Positions 10,601-18,480 of a stretch of DNA of 64,000 bases are shown one piece after another. Source of the DNA: an uncultured Planctomycetia bacterium (GTDB lineage Bacteria > Omnitrophota > Gorgyraeia > Pluralincolimonadales > Pluralincolimonadaceae); assembly GCA_964650515.1 (NCBI GenBank), contig CAZYUB010000011.1, forward strand, positions 4,798 through 68,797, in the 5' to 3' direction. Within the stretch, counting starts at the first letter, position 1. Every line of letters starts with the position of its first letter. Both the position numbers and the translations under genes were made by a program. The notes under the pieces are model-generated. The model was not told the DNA's origin. It saw only the letters and a list, made by a program, of their open reading frames with translations, and did not search any database.

Positions 10601-13600
10601 ATACGCTCCTCCGTCAAGGGTCGTATTATCGTCTTTTTCCACATTATTGCTTTCGATCTCGGTATTCCAGAACTTCGGCGCGCCGTCATCGTAATCGTAC
10701 CAGAAACCGCCTATAGCGCGGGCGATGAACGACTTATTATTCCACCAGTCCTCCACGGTCGAGCCCATAAGCCCGTGTTCTTCGCCGGCCCAGGATATAT
10801 AATCTTCCTCATTATCGGCATAAAGGCTGCTCTTGCCTTCGCCCCAATACCCGCTGAATGTCAGCCTCTTTCCGTTCCATGTTCCGGATCCCGAGCCCAT
10901 CCAGGTCCCGTCGTCGTAATATGCGCCGTCTATGTCGCCGGATATGGTTCCCATCCTCGTGCCGGTCAGGAATACGCCGTCGAGCGAGCCGCTGAACCAT
11001 TCCTCTCCCTGCCCGTTGACATCCGCTATCCAGTATCCGTAATCATTCTCAGCCGTACCGTATGAGTCCTCATACGACAGGTAGGAAGCGTCTTCCGGAG
11101 CGGACCCGATAAGTTCCGCCAGCGGAGTGGACGTATCCCATGTCCCGTATTCGGACGTGCCGCCGAGATAATTCCCGTTGCTGTCATACGAATAGGAGTA
11201 TGAGTATGTGGACCCGTCATCGTAGTAATTCGTGTAAGAATACTGTTGGGTATTATCTACATAGTGATATTCGGATGTATAGCCATAGGTGTTATTATCA
11301 TAGTATTGGTAATAGTAATTTCCGCCGTCATTGAGCTGGTACTGGCCGTTGACGTATAACCCGGGATTGTAGCAACCGAACGAGTCGTTGCCGCCCATCT
11401 TCGCGTAGAATATTCCGTCAGTTACTTCCGGCAGCTCATACTCTCCCGTAAGCCTCTGGCTGTATATGCCCCAGTCGTATGATGTATGGTTGGCGTAGTC
11501 CACTATGCCGGCCGTATAAAGCTCATCCTGACCGCCGAAGAACCCTTCACCGGAGTAATTGCCTTCAAGCCTCCCCTCGCCCTCTTCGGACCATATCGAA
11601 TCCGAAAGTTCCCCCGCGCTTATGCCGGCTATGACGGGTGTTATATTGGTGTCATCTCCAAAATCACCTTCGAACATATAGGCGCCGGCCAGGTTGGAAT
11701 ACGCGCCCTCGACCCTTCCGGATTTCACGCCAGCATAGCCGTCGGGATTTATGTATATGATGCGCGCGGACCCTTTTATAGCACTGTCCTTGCCTGTGAC
11801 CGAGGATAGCCCGTAATATGCGCCCTCCTGCCCCTCATCGCTGAACTCCCTTCTGTCTTCCGATCCGTTAACATCGCTTGAGAAGTCGGTCATCCAGACG
11901 AAATCTCCGAGAGAGCCGGATTCGTCCTCTTCCATCTCGCCTATCGAAACAAGATAGAATCCGTCCTCACCCCAGAGGTCTCCGACGGTCCCTGCGAGGC
12001 CGCCGATGTGGCCGGCATGCTCGAACCCGCCGTAATCATCGTAATCGTATTCGTCATACTCGTACTCATACTGGTACGGGGTATACGCGCAATTGTACAA
12101 ATAGGCGCTGGATGAAAGCTCCTGCTCTACGAACCCTCCCGCTCCCGTACCTTCTACGCCTTCTCCCGCATACGCGAGTATAGTGCCGTAATAGGCGCCG
12201 AGATGGGATGTGTCAAGATAGGAACCCGAGATATCCAACCTTAAGGCGCCGTTAAGGTCGTCAGCCCCTTCGATCAGTGAGAAGAAATACCCGTCATTAT
12301 AATCACCTCCGGCGACAGCGCTCCAGTTCGTAAGGCCGTTCTGGTTCATGTATCCGCCGTAATGTGCTTCGCGCCAGATACCCCAATCCTGGCCCTCGAT
12401 CTTGGCCATCTGCCTGTCGAATTCCGTTTCGAAATACCCGTTGCCGCCGTCAAAGGCGAAATTCAGGTTGCCATAACCCCATCCCTCGACCGTGTTATAT
12501 TCCGTTTCCGGGTCAAGTTGAGCCATCGGAATGACGTAAAGGTCGCCGCTTCCTGCCATGTCGCCCCAGTAGTATCCATCCATTTCGTTTGCTGTGCTGG
12601 AACCGGAGAGGACTCCGAACAGGTTGCCTGCCATGCCGGACGGGTCTATATATATAGAAGATACGACGGTGTCCCAGCTGTGCATGATACCGCCGCTCCA
12701 GCCGTAGAACACGCCTCCGTCCACGCCTTCGCCCTCGACGTTACCGATGAAGACCCTGTTATACGGGTTATCATATGTGCCGGCGGCATCCATTGAAATA
12801 GTGCCGGACCACTGTTCGCTCAAAGGCGTAGTGCTCGAAAGCGCCAAATTGAAAAAATTGTTCTCCGAGGGCCCTTCATAGCCGAATGCGCCTTCGATCA
12901 TGCCGTTCATCGTAACGGGAGCGACGATAACTTCTTCCCCGCCACCGCTGCCCGTATTGCCGCCCTCGCCGGGGCCTATTATGTCTGTAAAGGGTTTGTC
13001 GGAAAATACGTTATTGGGGTTGTTGTCCGGATTCTCGTTGCCGCCGGTCCCGCCGCCGGTGTAGCCCTCAGGCCCGCTGTACCCCTCGGCCTCTCCGCCG
13101 AATTCCCAGCCCTCATGCCAGTTCGACCTCTGGTCGTCTGAAGGCGCCAGGGGATTGCTGATATTCCCGTTCCCGTCGACCGTGGAGCCGGTCCCCATCG
13201 GTACGTTTTGGGTGGTCCCGGATATCAGGCTTCTGAGCACGCCGTTGCCTTCCTCGAAGTAAGCATTGGTAAGGTTCGGCAGTATATTCATGAAAAGCAC
13301 GGTGCCGCGGACACATGCTACCGCGTTGGGGGTCTTTACCTCGAACTTCGAATTACCCTTGAGCTTTTCCACCTGTGCCCTGAGCTTGCCGCCCGTAGAT
13401 TCAAAGAGGTTTTCGTATTCGCCATTGCTTCCGTTCGACAGTTTCGAGATCGTGACGTTGGAATTCTGCTGCAGCGTTATGATATTCCCGTTCTCGACCT
13501 TGAATTCCGCCTTGCCGTTCTGCCTCGTCTCGATAGAATCGCCGGTCTTCACCGTCTCGTTGAGTTTAGCGTCATGCCAGGCCTTTGAGCCCTTGTTCTT

Positions 13601-14344
13601 TATCCTGACATCTCCTGCCAATTTAACGATCACGGCCTTCATCTCTCCCGCCTGGCTGTATCCTTCGGCAACAGGACGCTTGCCTGATGCGATGTCGGAA
13701 GATGCGGCCTCGTTTTTCATGACCGATGTATCGGCCTCATGCGACCTCTTCTCTGAGGCGAGCATCATCCTCGGTGAGGAAGGCTCGTTATCCGCAGCGA
13801 CTACGGAGACCTCCCCGCCTTTTATTTCGACCTTCTTATCCGGAGAGGAAGGGTTCGACAGCGAGTACCTGCCGTTGAGCACGGCTACGGCGGTCGAGGA
13901 TTTCTGGAATATTACCACTACGTCCGTCCCTTTTACGGAACCGTTCGCGTTCGGCGTGTTTATGGTAAAGCTGTCCTTTGCAGAGGATTTTGATATAATT
14001 GCCCTGATCTTGCCGCGTTCGACGTTCAAAACGGCGCTTATCCTTTTGCCGTCGTCACCGGTCCTGTACTCCGCAACATCCAGTTTTGTCTTTTCCGCAA
14101 GCCTGACCACAGACCGGTCCGCGAAGGTTATTTCGGCCTTTGAGGCGCTCTTCGTGCGCACGGAGTCGCCTGCTTCGATCTCCGATCCGAGCACGGCCGC
14201 AGACGAAGACATGGATCCCGCCTTGAAAAGGTCTACACTGCCCTCAAGCGAGGTTATGCTGCCTATACCGGAGGCAAATGCCGTTGAGCTCCCGAGTATA
14301 AGAAGGGCTGCCAGTGCAATGGTCTTGATGCTGCGGTCTTTCAT
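7649..14344 (-). CDS. Giant secreted protein (2231 aa): signal peptide, two tandem FecR domains, then ~1800 aa highly acidic Gly/Tyr/Asp/Glu/Trp-rich region with divergent internal repeats
   Basis: SPase-I type signal (TAFA|SG). FecR-like segments (..FTINTPNANGSVKGTDVVV.. and ..FEVKTPNAVACVRGTVLF..). Remainder almost devoid of K/R. Recurring modules (EGAYYG..DGRVIAIFAAPDG.., GDIDGAYYDDGTW, IGRIDGDLRGT / IGGDIRGTLDG) and DxDxDG-like loops. SD AAGGAGA 8 nt upstream. Confidence 0.8.
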   Translation of the reverse strand: MKDRSIKTIALAALLILGSSTAFASGIGSITSLEGSVDLFKAGSMSSSAAVLGSEIEAGDSVRTKSASKAEITFADRSVVRLAEKTKLDVAEYRTGDDGKRISAVLNVERGKIRAIISKSSAKDSFTINTPNANGSVKGTDVVVIFQKSSTAVAVLNGRYSLSNPSSPDKKVEIKGGEVSVVAADNEPSSPRMMLASEKRSHEADTSVMKNEAASSDIASGKRPVAEGYSQAGEMKAVIVKLAGDVRIKNKGSKAWHDAKLNETVKTGDSIETRQNGKAEFKVENGNIITLQQNSNVTISKLSNGSNGEYENLFESTGGKLRAQVEKLKGNSKFEVKTPNAVACVRGTVLFMNILPNLTNAYFEEGNGVLRSLISGTTQNVPMGTGSTVDGNGNISNPLAPSDDQRSNWHEGWEFGGEAEGYSGPEGYTGGGTGGNENPDNNPNNVFSDKPFTDIIGPGEGGNTGSGGGEEVIVAPVTMNGMIEGAFGYEGPSENNFFNLALSSTTPLSEQWSGTISMDAAGTYDNPYNRVFIGNVEGEGVDGGVFYGWSGGIMHSWDTVVSSIYIDPSGMAGNLFGVLSGSSTANEMDGYYWGDMAGSGDLYVIPMAQLDPETEYNTVEGWGYGNLNFAFDGGNGYFETEFDRQMAKIEGQDWGIWREAHYGGYMNQNGLTNWSAVAGGDYNDGYFFSLIEGADDLNGALRLDISGSYLDTSHLGAYYGTILAYAGEGVEGTGAGGFVEQELSSSAYLYNCAYTPYQYEYEYDEYDYDDYGGFEHAGHIGGLAGTVGDLWGEDGFYLVSIGEMEEDESGSLGDFVWMTDFSSDVNGSEDRREFSDEGQEGAYYGLSSVTGKDSAIKGSARIIYINPDGYAGVKSGRVEGAYSNLAGAYMFEGDFGDDTNITPVIAGISAGELSDSIWSEEGEGRLEGNYSGEGFFGGQDELYTAGIVDYANHTSYDWGIYSQRLTGEYELPEVTDGIFYAKMGGNDSFGCYNPGLYVNGQYQLNDGGNYYYQYYDNNTYGYTSEYHYVDNTQQYSYTNYYDDGSTYSYSYSYDSNGNYLGGTSEYGTWDTSTPLAELIGSAPEDASYLSYEDSYGTAENDYGYWIADVNGQGEEWFSGSLDGVFLTGTRMGTISGDIDGAYYDDGTWMGSGSGTWNGKRLTFSGYWGEGKSSLYADNEEDYISWAGEEHGLMGSTVEDWWNNKSFIARAIGGFWYDYDDGAPKFWNTEIESNNVEKDDNTTLDGGAYYGFTTGIWKDGIMSDGRVIAIFAAPDGRVGIMKGGAEGEYYDGIGLWQVSMDLSTETVEGYSFAPADLRYENINEEYLGDIQVGGSFAGNGTIYGGIEEAYSYSLPDMPWGIFNVKMGGWFEKDDGDVAENGLALGSSEEGYGERLLITAKNVIYGDNAISADVAGAFIDLEEGMIGRIDGDLRGTATDHYYYDGGEYYDYTSWAGAAIGEWKTEPLAYSGILMDGAFGYVEDYYGGFNCDYGYMDGVFGGSGNIWEGPADMTLIGGFWNPDYNEDGVPEYKLWASDFYVITDDNAVAYGTMGGTSLDNRLKGMLLSIYIRETDEGNRAGYIMSVDGAGNSDYFNGDFYPSIGMYGAEGKLAYFLDMPTDYDPTVLLSGTSEVIDSDDIYGVIGGDIRGTLDGETMGLVDQDWSVWRAGSSGVFVGDPESAWTAVMGDVEDEGDGFYSTYTLAFIDGTSWEDGGFSADVSGRVLSNTTLISFNGKMLGAYDTEEDAWEALSLGVAQSEDLTLSGSSSGGIGVYGEGFMQDGITYGNIGSTAQDWWANGAFDVIAMGEYEGYLDRSSYLVGSEINSFNGYDGSDTTADGEGAFWGWTVGTSRSGNMSVLSHMYTAALFISPGEDGYQAGILRGDAEGIYCAMPNEYLDYGEDMQVGIWEADGTWTPHVVMQYIDMDPAELTNNMAVAEDAFNAYGEGSINGNPLEAQIAQASIANIEGYDTWGIVSGVMLAQSDAVVTDGVWRTALGGVVSEDDTTDSYVLFSAYGTNGAWDYDNDGVKEGDVTGSYRGIYLAPENWDPEAEEYTAMKVGRVNGDISGFYEAGVDTTIQAAFVGEWVDLAELDTSVLRFDNYAIAEMVNMPITETYTALLKGNGPLGAAGTITGSMDISFYAQSALDMNGIWAALFGGSYSGYTGGENWSLNFNDGNINATLTGTQWNEGQWTANVTGTAPGDVGFNGQAGGTYTGTEAGTFEGVGAGTWNQGN

Positions 14345-14362
14345 TTCAGGTATCTCCTTTTG

Positions 14363-15871
14363 TTAAAATTTGTACTCGATGCCGAGGCTGTAAATGCTCC
14401 TGTCGTAATCGTATACCGCTATATTTGAATGGTCCTTTACGTATGTATACCTGAATTGGAGCTCGGCTTCCTTCCAGAAGTTATACCCGAGCATGGATGA
14501 TAGCGTATATGTCTGGTCATCCCTCCTGACACCGAAGATCGAGTTCGTGTTCGAGAAATCCTGCAGGTAGACGTCGCCGGCAAGGCTCGCCTTGAATCTC
14601 TTCAGGAAAGGATACAGGACCGTTGCGGTGATCCTGTTGCCGAGGTACTCCCAGTTCTTTCCCTTCGTGTCTTCCTTGTTGACACCGTAGCGCAGTCCGA
14701 GGAAACCCTTGTTCTCTGCGAAGAAGAAGTAGTATCCGAGCCCGCCGCCGTAGTCGTTGGAATTGCGGTCCTCATCAGGTATGAACGGGTCCCTCGCGAA
14801 ATCTTTCTTCTTGTAATCGAAATTTGTCTGCAGCATATGGTTCCGGGCGAATATATAATTGACTACAGGGCTTGCGCTCAGCGTTGTCATGTATTTGGAT
14901 TCGCCGACATCGGTATAGTTGTATCCGACAACGACCCCCGCGGTCCCTTTGTCGAGGTAATAGTTAGGCGTCACCGTTACCGTATGGCTCATCACGTCAT
15001 AGAGCCCCAATTTGTTCTGGTGCGCGAAATACATCGAATATTGGCCGTCCACCCCGAACCTTTCGGCGAATTTCTTCCGGTACTGCCCCATGAACGTCAC
15101 GACCTCCCTCCAGTCGCTCTCGTCGCTTATGCCCGACGCGACAGTATCGTCCCCGGGTTTAAGCAGCACGTTCGTATCATACTGGCCTGAAACGTTCAGC
15201 GTGGCCCTGAAAGGCCTTTCTGCCGTCTCTTTCCTTTTCAAGGCATCAATGTATTCGTTCGAAAGCCCGGCTATGTCCGAGTTCGGGTCGAGGATTATGA
15301 TATCCCTAAAGACCTTCTTTGCCTCATCGAATCTCTTCTGTTTTATGTTGGCAAGCCCGATTTGGTAATCCGCCGATTGAGACAAGGAAGTATCGAGCGC
15401 CTTAGCGTTCTCGAAGGAAGTGATCGCCGCTTCATTATCGTTATCCTTGAGCAATACCAGCCCTTTAAGGAATGCCGTCTGTGCCGGCTTAACGTTCTCG
15501 CGTTCCGCCACTTCGATATAGTTTCTCGCTTCCTTAAGGTCTCCGAGCTGGTAGAGGACTTCCACTAATTCGAGCAGGGCCTCCTTTATCCTCGGCGTAA
15601 GGGTAACCGCGTCGACCAGCTGTTTTTTAGCTTCCTTGTAATCCTGCAGCTGCTTATATGTTATACCGAGGTAATATGCCGCAAGCGATGATTTCGGATC
15701 TGTTTCCCTGACTTTCCTGAGGGCTGATGCCGCTTCATCAAAATTCTCTTGTTTGTATAACTTGATGGCCTGTTCCAGTTGAGGATCCGTTTCAGCGATA
15801 AGTAAACCGGGGAGAGTTAGCAATATTGAGACGAAAATTACCGTAAAGGCAGGAAATACTTTTTGCGGCAT
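14363..15871 (-). CDS. Outer-membrane protein: N-terminal TPR repeats + C-terminal beta-barrel (Slam/DUF560-like architecture, inferred)
   Basis: 502 aa; signal peptide; four or more TPR-like helical repeats (AAYYLGITYKQLQDYKEAKKQL...); C-terminal half has alternating aromatic/Gly-rich strands and ends ...SLGIEYKF (terminal Phe, OMP signature). Confidence 0.55.
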   Translation of the reverse strand: MPQKVFPAFTVIFVSILLTLPGLLIAETDPQLEQAIKLYKQENFDEAASALRKVRETDPKSSLAAYYLGITYKQLQDYKEAKKQLVDAVTLTPRIKEALLELVEVLYQLGDLKEARNYIEVAERENVKPAQTAFLKGLVLLKDNDNEAAITSFENAKALDTSLSQSADYQIGLANIKQKRFDEAKKVFRDIIILDPNSDIAGLSNEYIDALKRKETAERPFRATLNVSGQYDTNVLLKPGDDTVASGISDESDWREVVTFMGQYRKKFAERFGVDGQYSMYFAHQNKLGLYDVMSHTVTVTPNYYLDKGTAGVVVGYNYTDVGESKYMTTLSASPVVNYIFARNHMLQTNFDYKKKDFARDPFIPDEDRNSNDYGGGLGYYFFFAENKGFLGLRYGVNKEDTKGKNWEYLGNRITATVLYPFLKRFKASLAGDVYLQDFSNTNSIFGVRRDDQTYTLSSMLGYNFWKEAELQFRYTYVKDHSNIAVYDYDRSIYSLGIEYKF

Positions 15872-15936
15872 CTGCTGAGCCCCTTTGGTTATATTAGGTT
15901 AGTTTTTAAAGATTATGAATGAAGTAGATTTGAATA

Positions 15937-15965
15937 AATATACCATTTGTAGAGGGTTATGTCAA
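15937..15965 (-). promoter_or_regulatory. Near-consensus sigma70 promoter for the OMP / giant-protein / lipoprotein operon
   Basis: Minus strand: TTGACA (15965-15960), 17-nt spacer, TATATT (15942-15937); ~60 nt leader with AAAGGGG SD before ATG 15871. Confidence 0.6.
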
Positions 15966-15976
15966 GTAAATATTTG

Positions 15977-16004
15977 TTGACAAGAGTCGTAAAATTGGTA
16001 TAAT
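15977..16004 (+). promoter_or_regulatory. Near-consensus sigma70 promoter (extended -10) for the PEP-CTERM gene
   Basis: TTGACA (15977-15982), 16-nt spacer, TGgTATAAT (TG 15996-15997, TATAAT 15999-16004); GAGGTAAG SD before ATG 16051. Confidence 0.6.
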
Positions 16005-16050
16005 AATAACAAATTCAGGCCAACCAGCCAACCAAGCGAGGTAAGTTTCT

Positions 16051-16572
16051 ATGAAAAAAATATCATTAATATTTGCGGTATTTACGTGCCTTTTTGTCTC
16101 CTTATCGCCCGCTTACGCCGAATATGACCCGAATTACCAGGGTTTCCAGATGTACACCGTTGCAAGCAATACTTCCTCTTTTGCCGTTTCGGATTTCGAG
16201 CTGGGTTCAACGCCTTATCTGTATATTCAGCTTCCGAACCCTCCCGGGGGGCTTTGGTACTCTGAGGTCGAGAGTGACTGGTGGAACGGTAGCTTGTTCG
16301 AGGGTGATGCCGACAGGACAGGTTTTCAATCGGTATACCATATAGAGCTGACAGGACATGACTGGTCGGATGTTTCCAACGCCGGGACATGGACGATAAA
16401 CGCCGATTATTGGTATAAAATGCTCGGGAGCGGATATGTCATATCCTCCGACTCGGGATATGCTACGTTCACGATGAAGAATACGACTACGGTCCCTGAG
16501 CCTGTTTCGACCATGCTGTTCCTCGCCGGAGGATCGGTGCTTTTCGGAAGGCGTTTGCTGAGACGCAAATAG
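16051..16572 (+). CDS. PEP-CTERM sorting-domain secreted protein (exosortase substrate)
   Basis: 173 aa; N-terminal signal peptide (..SPAYA|EY); C-terminus VPEP-VSTMLFLAGGSVLFG-RRLLRRK = PEP motif + TM helix + basic tail. Confidence 0.8.
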   Translation: MKKISLIFAVFTCLFVSLSPAYAEYDPNYQGFQMYTVASNTSSFAVSDFELGSTPYLYIQLPNPPGGLWYSEVESDWWNGSLFEGDADRTGFQSVYHIELTGHDWSDVSNAGTWTINADYWYKMLGSGYVISSDSGYATFTMKNTTTVPEPVSTMLFLAGGSVLFGRRLLRRK

Positions 16573-16584
16573 ACAATCTCCCCT

Positions 16585-18480
16585 TCAGGCTATCTTCAGT
16601 ACAATAACCGTCATATCGTCGTGCTGCGGCATTCCTCTGCTGAATCTCTGGACCTCATCCACAAGCTTATCCGATAACTCCTGGGCGGAGAGGCGCCTGT
16701 TGATAAGAGCGGTATCCAATATCCTCTTCTCCCCGAATTCCTTAAGGTTCCTGTCCCGCGCCTCAGATATGCCGTCCGTATACATGACGAATACGTCGCC
16801 TGCCGACACCTTAAACTCGTCAGCGGTAAACTCAGAACCCGGTATTATGCCTATCGGGCTGCCGACCGACTGGGTAAGCGAGAGCACTTCGCCGTTCTCC
16901 TTTACCCATACAAGAGGGTTATGCCCGCCGTTCGAATATTTTACGGTCCTCTCTTTAGGTTTATATATCAGGTATTGAAGCGTCACGAACATCCCGGAGA
17001 CGCCTTCCTCGACTAGCCTGTCGTTTATCGCGGTCATCGCTTCGTCCGGTTCCGTAAAGTCATGCGTTAATCCCCTGAAATCAGCCATTGCCTTCGCCAT
17101 ATACAGCGCTGCGGGCACTCCCTTGCCTGAAACGTCCCCGATGACTACACCGAGCCTGTCTTCCTTTAATTTTATGAAATCATAGATGAGTTTTATGAAG
17201 TCGTAGAAATCGCCGCCTACATGTTTCGCGGGGACGCACTTGACGCCTATCTCGATCCCTATAGAGTGCGGAAGGCTTTGCGGCAATATCGACTGCTGTA
17301 TCCGGCTGGCTATCTGCAGCTCCTTCTCGATCAGGCCTTTCTCGAATTTCGTTATTATGAGCTGGTTAAGCGTGATAGCCGGATAGCAGACACATAGCAG
17401 CAGGAGGATAGTGACATAATCTATCCATATATTGAAGAAAGCGAAAGAGATGTAGGAGATGAGCAGGATCCCCGACAGCATGGCCGCGAAGAGTGCAAGA
17501 CCTTCGACCGGGGTCCTCTTCGGCAGGACGGTCCCGAGCGCGATGCCTATCGCGAACAGTATGAGGAGGATCTCAGGCCTGAAAACCCTGTGTATGAAGT
17601 CCTTCCTTAATATCGTATTGACCGCGCTTGCCCTTATGCCTACGCCGGGATACAGGGTCGACATCGGCGTTGCCCAGAAATCCTCCGATCCCGTGGCCGT
17701 CATTCCTATGATCACGATCTTGTCCTTCAGTATCCCGAGGTCGGTAGACGGCTTCTCCCCGTCCTGCGCCTGTATGCCTGAAAGTGCCACTTCGGCGAAC
17801 GAGAGCCGCTTGAACCGCGCGAACTCTCCCGGATAGTTGATCCACATCATGCTGTTCGCGTCAGTTTGTATCTTCAGCTTTTCGCGCTCGACGCCCGTGA
17901 AATGCGCTGCGGCGAGCATGTCTATCGAGACGTAATCGCTGCCGTCATGCCCTATCGTCAGCGGGACCTTGCGAACCTTTCCATCGGGTTCAACGAGTAT
18001 ATTCACGAAACCGACGCCTTTCGCGCTCTCGCGAAGCGCGGGAAGCGGCATGGTAATATCGCGGGGCTTGATTATATTCTTGCGTATATTATCCTGTGAA
18101 AGGTCAAAGAATGCGGAATAGAACACATTGCCCGTCTTCCTGGTCTGCGCGGCAAGCCTGCTGTCCTCGCCGGGCTTATCTTCCTGCGGTTCGCTGAACA
18201 GGATATCGAATACGATGGTCTTCGGCCCGTAATCCTCTATTATGTCGAGCAGTTCGGCATGGTATCCCCTGTCCCACGGCCACCTGCCGAATGCCTTAAG
18301 GGATGCATCGTCTATCTCGATGATCACTATATCGGGGCTTACGGGACGCGGGCCTCTCAGTTTGAACAATATATCCATGCCCTGGTATTCGGCAAGCTCA
18401 AAAAACCCGAGAAGATAAGCCAAACCGATGACAGTGCAGCATATCAACCCGATATAGAGTCCGCTTTTCTTTTTCATCAT
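16585..18480 (-). CDS. CHASE2 extracytoplasmic sensor fused to PP2C/SpoIIE-type serine phosphatase
   Basis: 631 aa; N-terminal TM then CHASE2-like region (..IVIIEIDDASLKAFGRWPWDR..); central TM segments; C-terminal PP2C motifs (GGDFYDF, VIGDVSGKG, YTDGISEA, DDMTVIVL). Confidence 0.75.
   Translation of the reverse strand: MMKKKSGLYIGLICCTVIGLAYLLGFFELAEYQGMDILFKLRGPRPVSPDIVIIEIDDASLKAFGRWPWDRGYHAELLDIIEDYGPKTIVFDILFSEPQEDKPGEDSRLAAQTRKTGNVFYSAFFDLSQDNIRKNIIKPRDITMPLPALRESAKGVGFVNILVEPDGKVRKVPLTIGHDGSDYVSIDMLAAAHFTGVEREKLKIQTDANSMMWINYPGEFARFKRLSFAEVALSGIQAQDGEKPSTDLGILKDKIVIIGMTATGSEDFWATPMSTLYPGVGIRASAVNTILRKDFIHRVFRPEILLILFAIGIALGTVLPKRTPVEGLALFAAMLSGILLISYISFAFFNIWIDYVTILLLLCVCYPAITLNQLIITKFEKGLIEKELQIASRIQQSILPQSLPHSIGIEIGVKCVPAKHVGGDFYDFIKLIYDFIKLKEDRLGVVIGDVSGKGVPAALYMAKAMADFRGLTHDFTEPDEAMTAINDRLVEEGVSGMFVTLQYLIYKPKERTVKYSNGGHNPLVWVKENGEVLSLTQSVGSPIGIIPGSEFTADEFKVSAGDVFVMYTDGISEARDRNLKEFGEKRILDTALINRRLSAQELSDKLVDEVQRFSRGMPQHDDMTVIVLKIA

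Noticed and set aside
7649-14344. Giant protein as an RTX toxin / T1SS substrate
   Set aside because: There is no GGxGxDxUx nonapeptide periodicity and no C-terminal T1SS signal-like region. It has an N-terminal Sec signal peptide instead, and no ABC/MFP/TolC genes are adjacent.
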